Positions 8,157 to 16,254 of a DNA stretch of 21,805 nucleotides are shown here, piece by piece. The notes beneath the pieces are model-generated. The model was not told the DNA's origin. It saw only the letters and a program-made list of their open reading frames with translations, and did no database searches. Origin of the DNA: Candidatus Odinarchaeota archaeon. Lineage in GTDB: Archaea; Asgardarchaeota; Odinarchaeia; Odinarchaeales; Odinarchaeaceae. Made by a program: the position numbers and the translations under genes. The stretch covers positions 1 through 21,805 of the forward strand of contig JAWBON010000017.1 in assembly GCA_038826135.1 (NCBI GenBank). Direction: 5' to 3'. Positions within the stretch are counted from its first letter, which is position 1, and every line of letters begins with the position of its first letter.

Positions 8157-8885
8157 TCAATCCACTACTAACCCCTCTCTGGTGATATTGAATGTATGCT
8201 CTTTCATATCGTGGTCGGTTCCCCTCATTTTCACTATCATAAGCCTTCGCAGGTTAACATCACTTTCTTTTTCAAGTTTTAATAGTATTATGCCGTCGAC
8301 TACGAACTCTTCTATGTCGAAACGGCTTAGCCTGTCTGACCCGCTTGGAACCTCGGTTGTGATCAAAAATGTGCAGTTAAGCTGGCTTATACCGTAGCAT
8401 AATCTCTGGATGTCTCTTCTTAAATCGAATATGCTATCATACTGGTATGCTAATGAAACTATTGAGTCTAAGACAACTCTTTTAGCCCCAATCTCCCCTA
8501 TTATATTAGCTGTTTTATATAGTAAGCTGTCTATTTCCCCTCTTCTCAAAATATATTTTTCATTTGAAGGGGCTGAGACTCTCGAGCTTATAGCATCAAC
8601 TATCGCTAGTTTTCCCTCGTTTTCAAGTTTTTCAAGATCCCAGCCGAAAGACATTTTAACATGAGCTCTAAGCTTGTCGGGGGGTTCATCCATGGTGATA
8701 AACACACCGGGTTCATCGAACATTGTTATTCCTTTATACACGAACTCTATTCCGAAAAGTGTTTTCCCTGTTCCCGAGGTGCCGGTGACCAGGTATGTTC
8801 CAGTGTTTGGAAAACCGCCTTTAATAAGCTCGTCAAAACCTTTTATCCCGGTTTTCACTCTGCCGCCATTATTCTTTAAACTCAT
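8157..8885 (-). CDS. Single-domain KaiC/RAD55-like ATPase
   Basis: RVKTGIKGFDELIKGG, Walker A GTSGTGKT, GVFITMDEPP, Walker B RVVLDS, EEFVVDGIILL and IVKMRGTDHD. RBS GAGGT lies directly after the upstream stop codon. Confidence 0.9.
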   Translation of the reverse strand: MSLKNNGGRVKTGIKGFDELIKGGFPNTGTYLVTGTSGTGKTLFGIEFVYKGITMFDEPGVFITMDEPPDKLRAHVKMSFGWDLEKLENEGKLAIVDAISSRVSAPSNEKYILRRGEIDSLLYKTANIIGEIGAKRVVLDSIVSLAYQYDSIFDLRRDIQRLCYGISQLNCTFLITTEVPSGSDRLSRFDIEEFVVDGIILLKLEKESDVNLRRLMIVKMRGTDHDMKEHTFNITREGLVVD

Positions 8886-8896
8886 ATAAAAACCTC

Positions 8897-9313
8897 TTAG
8901 AATAATTTAATAATCTTATCAAGAGTGGACTGAGCTTTACCTATTTTTTCAAGCTTTTTATATATTTTAGTGAGTAATTCATATTTAAAATCTACTCCGT
9001 TTTGTAAATTTTCGCTTATTAAACCTTCCAGCGCCTCCATATAGGGGTCGGGCCTCTCACCTCTGTCTAATATTACTGTAACCGTCTTATTTATCTGGGC
9101 TCCTGCATAATAACTTACGATTTTTATCTTTGGGAGACTAAGATATATTGTTCCGCATCTTCTAAATCCTATGCTGTGAGCGTTATATATGGCGACCGCC
9201 TCTTTACTGAAGTCTGGAAGCCAGTCAGGGTACTTTGCTTCTATAACCGGGCCGTCATCTAATTTCCACCCTATTAGTAGGAGTCCTTGGGGCATTTCAC
9301 GCACCGCTACCAT
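8897..9313 (-). CDS. Small longin/uDENN-like protein of a type common in Asgard archaea
   Basis: Pattern MPQGLLLIGW..GPVIEAKYP...IVSYYAG...VILDRGERPDPY resembles Asgard N-terminal longin-like modules as I recall them (not searched). The ATG overlaps the upstream stop (ATGGTAG). Confidence 0.55.
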   Translation of the reverse strand: MVAVREMPQGLLLIGWKLDDGPVIEAKYPDWLPDFSKEAVAIYNAHSIGFRRCGTIYLSLPKIKIVSYYAGAQINKTVTVILDRGERPDPYMEALEGLISENLQNGVDFKYELLTKIYKKLEKIGKAQSTLDKIIKLF

Positions 9314-10392
9314 AGTGAATCCATTTTCTTTATTGTTTTTAATAATGCTATCTCTCGGTTGTCAGGGTTGCTCATAACCTCTTTTAAAACGTCTTTTCCA
9401 ATTATCTCCCTTAACTTCTCTATGTTTCTCATGAAATACGGTATGATGATCTCTCCGCTTTTAACCATGGCTAAAACAACCGGGACTATTACCGCGCTTC
9501 CACTTTTTATGTTGTCTGCTAATACAAGCTTGAAGTCTACTTCCGTCCTCTTTTCATCTTTTTCTATTCTAGATATGTTTAAAGCATAGTCTGAGGCTGA
9601 GGCTATTTTTATATTGGTTTTAGGTGTTATTAGCTTGCCTAAACTTGTTTTATTGAAGACTCTTAACACGCCTAGTTTAGCTATGCTTGTTAACAGCTTT
9701 TTTAAAACATCTTTTTCAATGTTAAGTAAACTCTCCATTTCAGTGAAGCTGAGAGCGTCATTGCTCAGAAGTCTGCAGAGTGACAGGATTTTACCCTCAT
9801 CTAATCTAGTGTTTACGCTAGTGGCTGCTATCTCTATTATATTTTTAATAGTTATTCTATCCAGGTTGTGAATATTGAATAACATGTTTTCGCTTATATT
9901 ATTAGGTTTAAATCCTTCTCCAATTTTGATCTCGCTTATTATATATGGTGTTAACGCTTTTGAAACAAGTTCTGTAATATGTTTAATCTCCTCTAGGTTA
10001 CCCGACCATTTTGATAGTGTGTCCGCGTGTTTCTCTTCTATGTAATCTAATACGTCTTTCAGGTATTTTTTAAGATCGCTTGTTATAAACTCTGTGAAAA
10101 CCCCTAAAATAAGATATTCGCCTGAACTTAATATTATGCTATTATTCCCGAAATCAAGAATTTTTAAACCTTTTCCTGTGTTGAAAAGCTCTTTTGAAGC
10201 TAGAACTATCGCTGAGATTAAACCCGAGGTTAAATCACGGTCTATTTTAGTTGAACTAAAGTTACCGTTGACTATCGAGTACCCGTAGCGGTGAATTACC
10301 ATGTAATCGTAGATTTTTATGTCAAGGCTTGTGTTCAAAACATCTTCTAACTCTACGCTTCCCCCTATTTGCAAGTCTTCAGGACTGTACAA
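9307..10392 (-). CDS. Longin-like N-terminal domain + winged-helix-like region + unknown C-domain
   Basis: VIHRYGYSIV...DLTSGLISAIVLASKELF...LDFGNNSII...IEEKHADTLSKWSGNL is an Asgard-type longin/roadblock-like pattern. LSFTEMESLLNIEKDVLKKLLTSIAKLGVL is wHTH-like. Strong RBS AAGGAGGGGG before the TTG start. Confidence 0.6.
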   Translation of the reverse strand: MYSPEDLQIGGSVELEDVLNTSLDIKIYDYMVIHRYGYSIVNGNFSSTKIDRDLTSGLISAIVLASKELFNTGKGLKILDFGNNSIILSSGEYLILGVFTEFITSDLKKYLKDVLDYIEEKHADTLSKWSGNLEEIKHITELVSKALTPYIISEIKIGEGFKPNNISENMLFNIHNLDRITIKNIIEIAATSVNTRLDEGKILSLCRLLSNDALSFTEMESLLNIEKDVLKKLLTSIAKLGVLRVFNKTSLGKLITPKTNIKIASASDYALNISRIEKDEKRTEVDFKLVLADNIKSGSAVIVPVVLAMVKSGEIIIPYFMRNIEKLREIIGKDVLKEVMSNPDNREIALLKTIKKMDSLW

Positions 10393-10438
10393 ATCTCCCC
10401 CTCCTTACTAATTATATTAGCCTCTTACCTAATAAAAT

Positions 10439-11368
10439 TTACTTGGATTGAAAAAATTCTATGAGCCTTTTTAAACCATCCTCTAATCTGTAACATGGTT
10501 TAAAATCTAAAACTCTTTCAGCCTCGGATATGTCCGCGTAGCTTTCGTATATTTCCCCTTCTCTTCTCGGTAGAAATCTTATCTGCGAATTAGAAGCTGT
10601 TAATTTTTTTATTTCCGCAGCCAAGTTTCTTATCGTCGTTTTCTCACCTGTCCCGCCGTTTAAAACAATAAAACCAGGTGTTTCTTTTCGAAGAGCTGTG
10701 AGTGATAAGTTTACAAGGTCCTCTACATATATGAAGTCTCTCGACTGGTTTCCGTCACCGTATATTTGGATTTCCTTTCCAAGGATTGCGAGGTCGAGAA
10801 ATTTTGAGATAACACCTGAATAAGCGTTTTTCGGGTCCTGTTTAGGCCCGTAAACGTTGAACGGTCTAATAACTATTATATTTAACCCATAGAATTTACT
10901 GTAGAACTCGGCGTATTTTTCCGCTGTAAGCTTACTTAAACCATAAGGGCTTGACGGCTTCAACGGATGTTTTTCATCGATTGGCAGGTACTCTGGTTCC
11001 CCGTAAACTGCTGCCGATGAATAGTAAACTATTTTTTTCACTCCGTAAGCTGCAGCAGCTTGAAGAATATTTAATGTTCCTCCGATGTTTACCGTCGCGT
11101 CTTTTGCCGGATCCTTTATAGACTCTGAGACGCTTATTTGGGCTGCTAGGTGATATATTATGTCAACCTTTGAGACTACTTTATCCACTTGGCCTCTATC
11201 AGTTATATCCCCCTTCCAGAAAACTATTTTATCAATGAATTCTTGTATATTCTCAAGTTTACCGTTTGATAAATTATCTATAATGTGAACTGTATGGCCT
11301 TCCTTAACAAGAGCGCTAGCTAGATTTGACCCTATGAAACCGCACCCTCCAGTGACTAGTATATTCAA
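10439..11368 (-). CDS. galE: NAD-dependent epimerase/dehydratase, UDP-glucose/UDP-GlcNAc 4-epimerase type
   Basis: Extended SDR motifs TGGCGFIG, HLAAQ, SSAAVYG, YGLSK (YxxxK) and PFNVYGP. GGAGG RBS before TTG 11368. Confidence 0.85.
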   Translation of the reverse strand: MNILVTGGCGFIGSNLASALVKEGHTVHIIDNLSNGKLENIQEFIDKIVFWKGDITDRGQVDKVVSKVDIIYHLAAQISVSESIKDPAKDATVNIGGTLNILQAAAAYGVKKIVYYSSAAVYGEPEYLPIDEKHPLKPSSPYGLSKLTAEKYAEFYSKFYGLNIIVIRPFNVYGPKQDPKNAYSGVISKFLDLAILGKEIQIYGDGNQSRDFIYVEDLVNLSLTALRKETPGFIVLNGGTGEKTTIRNLAAEIKKLTASNSQIRFLPRREGEIYESYADISEAERVLDFKPCYRLEDGLKRLIEFFQSK

Positions 11369-11410
11369 CGTGATAGCCTCCGTTAGTGATAAAATTAAAT
11401 ATTAATCTCG

Positions 11411-11426
11411 TATATATAAAATTGTT
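11411..11426 (-). promoter_or_regulatory. BRE/TATA promoter of the minus-strand epimerase-to-deacetylase operon (TATA may be bidirectional)
   Basis: The minus strand reads AACAAT-TTTATATATA, predicting a start near 11388 and a short leader that contains the GGAGG RBS. Confidence 0.5.
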
Positions 11427-11447
11427 ATATCTTTTGGAGGTTAGTGT

Positions 11448-11552
11448 ATGGCTGTTTTCGTTTGTGATAAATGTGGTGCTCTTTTCGAAGCTCGTTGTAA
11501 GCCTAAGAAATGTGAGAACTGTGGTTCAACGCAGATCTCTAGGAAGACTTAA
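11448..11552 (+). CDS. RCKP-type rubredoxin-like / zinc-ribbon microprotein (34 aa), absent from the ORF track
   Basis: My translation is MAVFVCDKCGALFEARCKPKKCENCGSTQISRKT*, with two CxxCG knuckles and the RCKP motif. GGAGG RBS at 11436-11440. Confidence 0.85.
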   Translation: MAVFVCDKCGALFEARCKPKKCENCGSTQISRKT

Positions 11553-11588
11553 TTTATATATTTTTTATAATATTTTTATACTTAGAAT

Positions 11589-11609
11589 TAATTATTATAA
11601 TAATTATAA
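11589..11609. promoter_or_regulatory. AT-rich palindromic operator candidate (Per/Fur-box-like)
   Basis: Perfect 18-bp palindrome TAATTATTATAATAATTA (11589-11606) overlaps TTATAAT-A-ATTATAA (11595-11609), about 20 nt upstream of the regulator ATG. Confidence 0.4.
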
Positions 11610-11630
11610 TAATTTTAATAGGCGGGAGCA

Positions 11631-12335
11631 ATGACCATTATAGAAAAATTTAAAGCCCTTTCATGTGAAGCCCGCTACAATATTTATAACCTGCTTAGAC
11701 GTAGACAAATGTCAATCGACGAGATCTCTAATTTAATAAATTTGAAACCTATAACTGTAAGACACCATATAAGTGAGCTGGAGCGTTCAGGCTTGATCTG
11801 TAAGAAGCTTAACAGGGTTAGCTTGGTCGGGAGACCTAGCACAGTTTACGGTGTAAACTCTGATCTTTTAGAAACATCGTTAATAACGAGAAACTACCCT
11901 GCTTTGCAAGAAATCTTATTCGTATCTATTCAAAATTATTTTAAGAATGAAGATCAACTTTCAGAATTCTATAATTTTCTGGGTAGACAACTAGCCCGTA
12001 TGATTTTAGCTGGGTTAAACTATAAAGACTTTAACGGCTGGAGTTTAAAGGATGTGAAAGAGAAAATTTTCTTTGAAAGAATGCAAAATTACGCTCCCAT
12101 GCCTGAGATAGTTGAGGATGAGGAAAAATTCTTTATTTTCAGATTGTACACGTGTCCTTTTCTAGAGCATACTTTACCGTTTTTTGAATCTCTTTGTAGA
12201 ATATTATCAGAATCCTATATCCCTGAACTGGCAAGTATAGTCGGAATAGTGGATATTTCAATCATGCATAGGAGGACTCTTGATAAACCCTTCTGTGAGT
12301 TTAAAGTTTCTTTGAAAGATTCTAAGAAACTCTAA
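11631..12335 (+). CDS. ArsR-type HTH transcriptional regulator with a SufR/V4R-like Cys-containing C-domain
   Basis: KALSCEARYNIYNLLRRRQMSIDEI...TVRHHISELERSGLI...GRPSTVY is an ArsR wHTH. The C-domain has YTCPF...SLC...PFCEF. Confidence 0.8.
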   Translation: MTIIEKFKALSCEARYNIYNLLRRRQMSIDEISNLINLKPITVRHHISELERSGLICKKLNRVSLVGRPSTVYGVNSDLLETSLITRNYPALQEILFVSIQNYFKNEDQLSEFYNFLGRQLARMILAGLNYKDFNGWSLKDVKEKIFFERMQNYAPMPEIVEDEEKFFIFRLYTCPFLEHTLPFFESLCRILSESYIPELASIVGIVDISIMHRRTLDKPFCEFKVSLKDSKKL

Positions 12336-12353
12336 GAAAAACTTAATAATATA

Positions 12354-12372
12354 ATACTATACACAAGTATAG
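12354..12372. promoter_or_regulatory. Inverted repeat upstream of nrdJ (candidate operator)
   Basis: CTATAC-ACAA-GTATAG (12357-12372) overlaps ATACT-N7-AGTAT (12354-12370), just downstream of an AT-rich TATA-like tract. Confidence 0.3.
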
Positions 12373-12418
12373 GCTGAAGTAAATATTGTTTTTACTATTT
12401 TATAAGTGGAGGTAAAAG

Positions 12419-14563
12419 ATGCCTATAAGTAAAATAATAAAGCGTGATGGTAGAGAGGTCCCCTTCGACCAGTCTAAGATCACTAATGCTATCTTCAAAG
12501 CCTTACAGGCTGTTGGAGAGGGGGATTATTCACTAGCCCAGAAACTCTCTGATAAAGTTGTTGAAATCCTTGAGAAATCGTTTAAAACCAGAACACCTCA
12601 CGTTGAAGATGTTCAAGATATTGTAGAGCTGGTTCTCATAGAGGAGGGCCAGGCTAAGACAGCTAAAGCCTATATTTTATACCGGCAGAAGCGTAAAGAA
12701 CTCCGCGAAGCTAAAATGCTTCTAGGGGTTACAGATGAGCTTAAACTACCTTTAAACGCTGTGAAAGTTTTAGCTAACAGATATCTGCGTAAAGATGAGA
12801 ACGGCCGGGTTGTTGAAACCACAGCTCAACTGTTTAGGCGTGTAGCTAGAGCAATAGCTGAAGCTGATAAAATATATGATAAACATGCGGATGTAGCTGC
12901 TGTTGAAGAGAAATTTTATAATTTAATGACTAGCTTCAAATTCCTCCCCAACTCCCCAACCCTTATGAACGCCGGCCTAGACCTTGGTCAACTCTCCGCC
13001 TGCTTCGTCATTCCTGTAGAAGACTCTATGGAGAGTATTTTCGACGCTGTCAAATACACTGCGTTAATCCACCGCTCAGGCGGCGGCACCGGATTCTCTT
13101 TTTCGAAGCTAAGACCGAAAGGTGACGTTGTGAAATCAACCGGCGGAATCGCTTCAGGGCCTCTCTCGTTTATGAAAGTCTTCGACGCCACTACGGATGT
13201 TGTCAAACAGGGTGGAAAACGCAGAGGAGCGAATATGGGTATTCTACGAGTAGATCACCCTGACATACTCGAATTTATAACAGCTAAAGAACGCAACGAT
13301 GTTCTTAACAACTTTAACATCTCGGTAGCTATCACAGATGAATTCATGGAAGCAGTTAAAGCTAATAAAGAATATCCTCTAATAAACCCTAGAACTGGAA
13401 AAGTTGTTAAAACCCTCCCGGCTAGAAAAGTATTCGACCTTATTATAACTATGGCTTGGAAAAACGGTGAACCTGGTGTAATATTCATAGACCGCATAAA
13501 CCAGTATAACCCTACTCCTCATCTAGGTAAAATAGAAAGCACAAATCCCTGCGGTGAGCAGCCTCTCTTACCTTTTGAAAGCTGTAATCTGGGGAGTATA
13601 AACTTATCTAAATTTGTTAAGGACGGTAAGATTGACTTTGAATCTTTAAGGGAGACTGTTTGGGATGCTGTTCATTTTCTAGATAATGTGATTGACGTTA
13701 ATAAGTATCCGCTTCCTGAAATTGAGAAGAGAACAAGAGCCACTCGGAAGATCGGGTTAGGTGTGATGGGTTTCGCGGACATGTTAATTGAGCTTGGTGT
13801 TCCTTATAATAGTGAGGAGGCGTTGCAGATCGCTGAACAGGTTATGAAGTTCATAAACGAAGAGGGTCATAAAGCGTCTAGAGCTTTAGCTGAGAAGCGT
13901 GGTCCATTTCCAGCTTTTAAAGGAAGCGTTTACGCTCAGCGGGGTGAACCACCTATTAGAAATTCAACTGTCACCACGATAGCTCCTACCGGTAGTATTA
14001 GCATTATTGCCGGTTGCAGCAGCGGCATTGAACCGATATTTGCAATCAGTTATATTCGCCGGGTTATGGAGGGAACCGAGCTTATTGAGATAAACCCTAT
14101 TTTTGAAAGAATTGCAAGGCAGAGGGGATTTTACTCTGATGAGCTTATGAAGGTGATTGCCAAACACGGTTCTATAAGCAGGTTTCAGAGCATTCCCGAG
14201 GATATTCGCCGTATATTTGTTACAGCTCATGATATAGAGCCTATATGGCATGTTCGATTGCAAGCTGCTTTTCAAAAATATACTGATAACGCTGTTTCGA
14301 AAACAGTTAATCTGCCTTTTCACGCCACCCCACATGATGTCGAACTAATATATTTCAAAGCTTACGAGCTTGGCTGTAAAGGTATAACAGTATACCGTGA
14401 TCGGAGTCGTGAAGCCCAGGTTCTTAACATCGAGCCTATAGTAGAGGAGCAGGAGGTTTCCCCGCCTGTGCGTGTGGAGCAATGCCCTACATGTGGGGTT
14501 GAACTGGTTAACCAGGAGGGCTGTATTATATGTCCAAGCTGCGGTTATGGAAGGTGCGGTTAG
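12419..14563 (+). CDS. nrdJ: Adenosylcobalamin-dependent (class II) ribonucleotide reductase with an N-terminal ATP cone and a C-terminal zinc ribbon
   Basis: ATP cone [16 protein letters not shown]. Catalytic motifs [36 protein letters not shown] and [10 protein letters not shown]-terminal [17 protein letters not shown]. No intein seen. Confidence 0.95.
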   Translation: MPISKIIKRDGREVPFDQSKITNAIFKALQAVGEGDYSLAQKLSDKVVEILEKSFKTRTPHVEDVQDIVELVLIEEGQAKTAKAYILYRQKRKELREAKMLLGVTDELKLPLNAVKVLANRYLRKDENGRVVETTAQLFRRVARAIAEADKIYDKHADVAAVEEKFYNLMTSFKFLPNSPTLMNAGLDLGQLSACFVIPVEDSMESIFDAVKYTALIHRSGGGTGFSFSKLRPKGDVVKSTGGIASGPLSFMKVFDATTDVVKQGGKRRGANMGILRVDHPDILEFITAKERNDVLNNFNISVAITDEFMEAVKANKEYPLINPRTGKVVKTLPARKVFDLIITMAWKNGEPGVIFIDRINQYNPTPHLGKIESTNPCGEQPLLPFESCNLGSINLSKFVKDGKIDFESLRETVWDAVHFLDNVIDVNKYPLPEIEKRTRATRKIGLGVMGFADMLIELGVPYNSEEALQIAEQVMKFINEEGHKASRALAEKRGPFPAFKGSVYAQRGEPPIRNSTVTTIAPTGSISIIAGCSSGIEPIFAISYIRRVMEGTELIEINPIFERIARQRGFYSDELMKVIAKHGSISRFQSIPEDIRRIFVTAHDIEPIWHVRLQAAFQKYTDNAVSKTVNLPFHATPHDVELIYFKAYELGCKGITVYRDRSREAQVLNIEPIVEEQEVSPPVRVEQCPTCGVELVNQEGCIICPSCGYGRCG

Positions 14564-15091
14564 ATGAGGAACGGCGGGGGCAGGGTGGTCACATACTACG
14601 GGGATGGAGATGGGAAAACTACAGCTGCCTTAGGTCACGCTATAAGAGCTGCTGGCCAGAATCGTAAAGTAATAATCTTCCATTTCCTGAAGGGTCGAAG
14701 AGATGTAGGGGAATACTTGTTCTTCGAACAGAACTGCAGCAATATAGAAGTTCACTTATGCGGTCGACCGGAATTCTTCATACCTGGAAGCGACCCTAAA
14801 CCCTATATTGAAGACATAGAAAAGTGCATGAGTCAAATAGAGGAGATAATAAAAAAGAATAAATGTGATATGCTAATACTGGATGAAATCCTCTACGCGA
14901 TAGAGTATAATATGATTTCAACCGGGAACCTTCTAGAAATACTTCGAAAACGCCGGGATATGCATATAATTCTCACAGGTGGAAAAATAACGGATGAAAT
15001 AAAACAAGTATCAGATATCATAACTGAAATGAAGGAGATCCACCATCATTATAAACATGACCGGGAGACGATTCAAGGCTTAGATTATTAA
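14564..15091 (+). CDS. cobO: Cob(I)yrinic acid/cob(I)alamin adenosyltransferase (CobA/CobO/BtuR family)
   Basis: YYGDGDGKTTAALGHAIRAAG, FLKG, DMLILDEI, ILTGG and SDIITEM. The ATG directly follows the nrdJ TAG. Confidence 0.9.
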   Translation: MRNGGGRVVTYYGDGDGKTTAALGHAIRAAGQNRKVIIFHFLKGRRDVGEYLFFEQNCSNIEVHLCGRPEFFIPGSDPKPYIEDIEKCMSQIEEIIKKNKCDMLILDEILYAIEYNMISTGNLLEILRKRRDMHIILTGGKITDEIKQVSDIITEMKEIHHHYKHDRETIQGLDY

Positions 15092-15156
15092 CAAAACTGT
15101 TTCAATAAATATAAACAGGTTTTTATTAAATATTCTTCCAAAGATAATTAAAACAC

Positions 15157-16149
15157 GTGACCTTTATGACTAACAGTAATCCTGCTAATAAAATTAAGAT
15201 CAGTATCATCAATCTGCCTAAAGCATCATCGCTTTTAATACAGCGTAACATTATAACGGTTGAAGTTAAATCGAACACTCCCGGACCTGTAGTATGGCTT
15301 ATCGCTGGAAGCCACGGGGATGAGATAAGTTCAGTGGTTGTAGTTCAAGAGGTTATTAAAAAACTTAGAAAAAACCCGTTGCTTAAAGGCGCAGTTATCA
15401 CGATACCGGTTGTTAACCCATCCGGTTTCGAATCAGGTAAAAGAGAATTCGACCTGACCGGTGAAGACATAAATAGAAGCTATCCAGGAAATCTTAACGG
15501 GTCACTGGCTGAGAGACTAGCATATAAAGTATTCAACACAATCATGCAATCTAATCCAACACTAGTTTTAGACTTGCATAACGACTGGCGTAAGTCTATC
15601 CCATACACTCTAATAGATACGCCGCTGATAAAAAGCGACGGGCTTAAACGTCAATTATCTGTGTACGCTGAGAAACTAGGTTTTGTAACCGTGGAGGAGA
15701 AATACGAGGTAATGCTTCACAAAACATTAACAGGAAACCTGATAATCAACGGCACACCAGCTTTATCCGTGGAGCTAGGTGAATCATATGTTGTAAACGA
15801 GATTAACGTCGAATACGGTGTTAAATCAATCTGGAATATTTTAACATATTTGGAAATGGTTGAGCCGACGGGTGAAACCTTCAAATACCCCATTCCACCG
15901 CGTTTTTCCGGTAAAATACTGTATTACTCTGATGAACCTGCAAGCCAAACACTAGGCATAATAAGATTCAACGTTAAACCAGGGGATCAAATAATCAAAG
16001 ACCAAGTTATAGCTAGAATATACGATGTGCTGGGAAACCTTAAAGAAATAGTGAAATCACCTAAAGATGGAATACTACTAGGCTACTCCGACTCCTCGGC
16101 GGTTTACCCTGGCTCTAAAAACTTCGCCTTCGCCTTCACAAAGGAATAG
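15157..16149 (+). CDS. Succinylglutamate desuccinylase/aspartoacylase family (M14) zinc hydrolase
   Basis: GSHGDE, VVNPSGF, DINRSYPG, LDLHND and VELG motifs, plus a biotinyl-lipoyl-like C-terminal beta domain (VKPGDQIIKDQVIARI). The start could be ATG 15166. Confidence 0.85.
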   Translation: MTFMTNSNPANKIKISIINLPKASSLLIQRNIITVEVKSNTPGPVVWLIAGSHGDEISSVVVVQEVIKKLRKNPLLKGAVITIPVVNPSGFESGKREFDLTGEDINRSYPGNLNGSLAERLAYKVFNTIMQSNPTLVLDLHNDWRKSIPYTLIDTPLIKSDGLKRQLSVYAEKLGFVTVEEKYEVMLHKTLTGNLIINGTPALSVELGESYVVNEINVEYGVKSIWNILTYLEMVEPTGETFKYPIPPRFSGKILYYSDEPASQTLGIIRFNVKPGDQIIKDQVIARIYDVLGNLKEIVKSPKDGILLGYSDSSAVYPGSKNFAFAFTKE

Positions 16150-16254
16150 AATTTTGGAAGATTAGAAGTAATAGCTGTCTTTTTTCTATTTTAAGAAGCT
16201 TAAAATAATTTGGGCTCTCTCTTATATTTTGTTCAATTTTAAGAGGTTGATAGT

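Noticed and set aside
7985-10288. Plus-strand ORFs 7985-8185, 8182-8397, 8410-8664, 8674-8889, 9287-9589, 9614-9871, 10094-10288 and minus-strand ORFs 8661-8879, 9189-9377
   Set aside because: Shadows of the minus-strand operon; Ser/Ile/Leu/Phe-rich antisense translations without recognisable RBS or motifs.
11386-11634. 82-aa ORF in the track
   Set aside because: Low-complexity translation across AT-rich promoter DNA. It is displaced by the real 34-aa CxxC ORF in another frame, which has its own RBS.
12321-12339. Tandem TCTAAGAAA repeat at the regulator stop codon
   Set aside because: Only two short AT-rich copies; not a CRISPR or iteron array.
12988-14335. Minus-strand ORFs inside nrdJ, and a possible intein in nrdJ
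   Set aside because: The ORFs are antisense shadows. NrdJ motifs are contiguous at normal length, with no intein splice or LAGLIDADG motifs.
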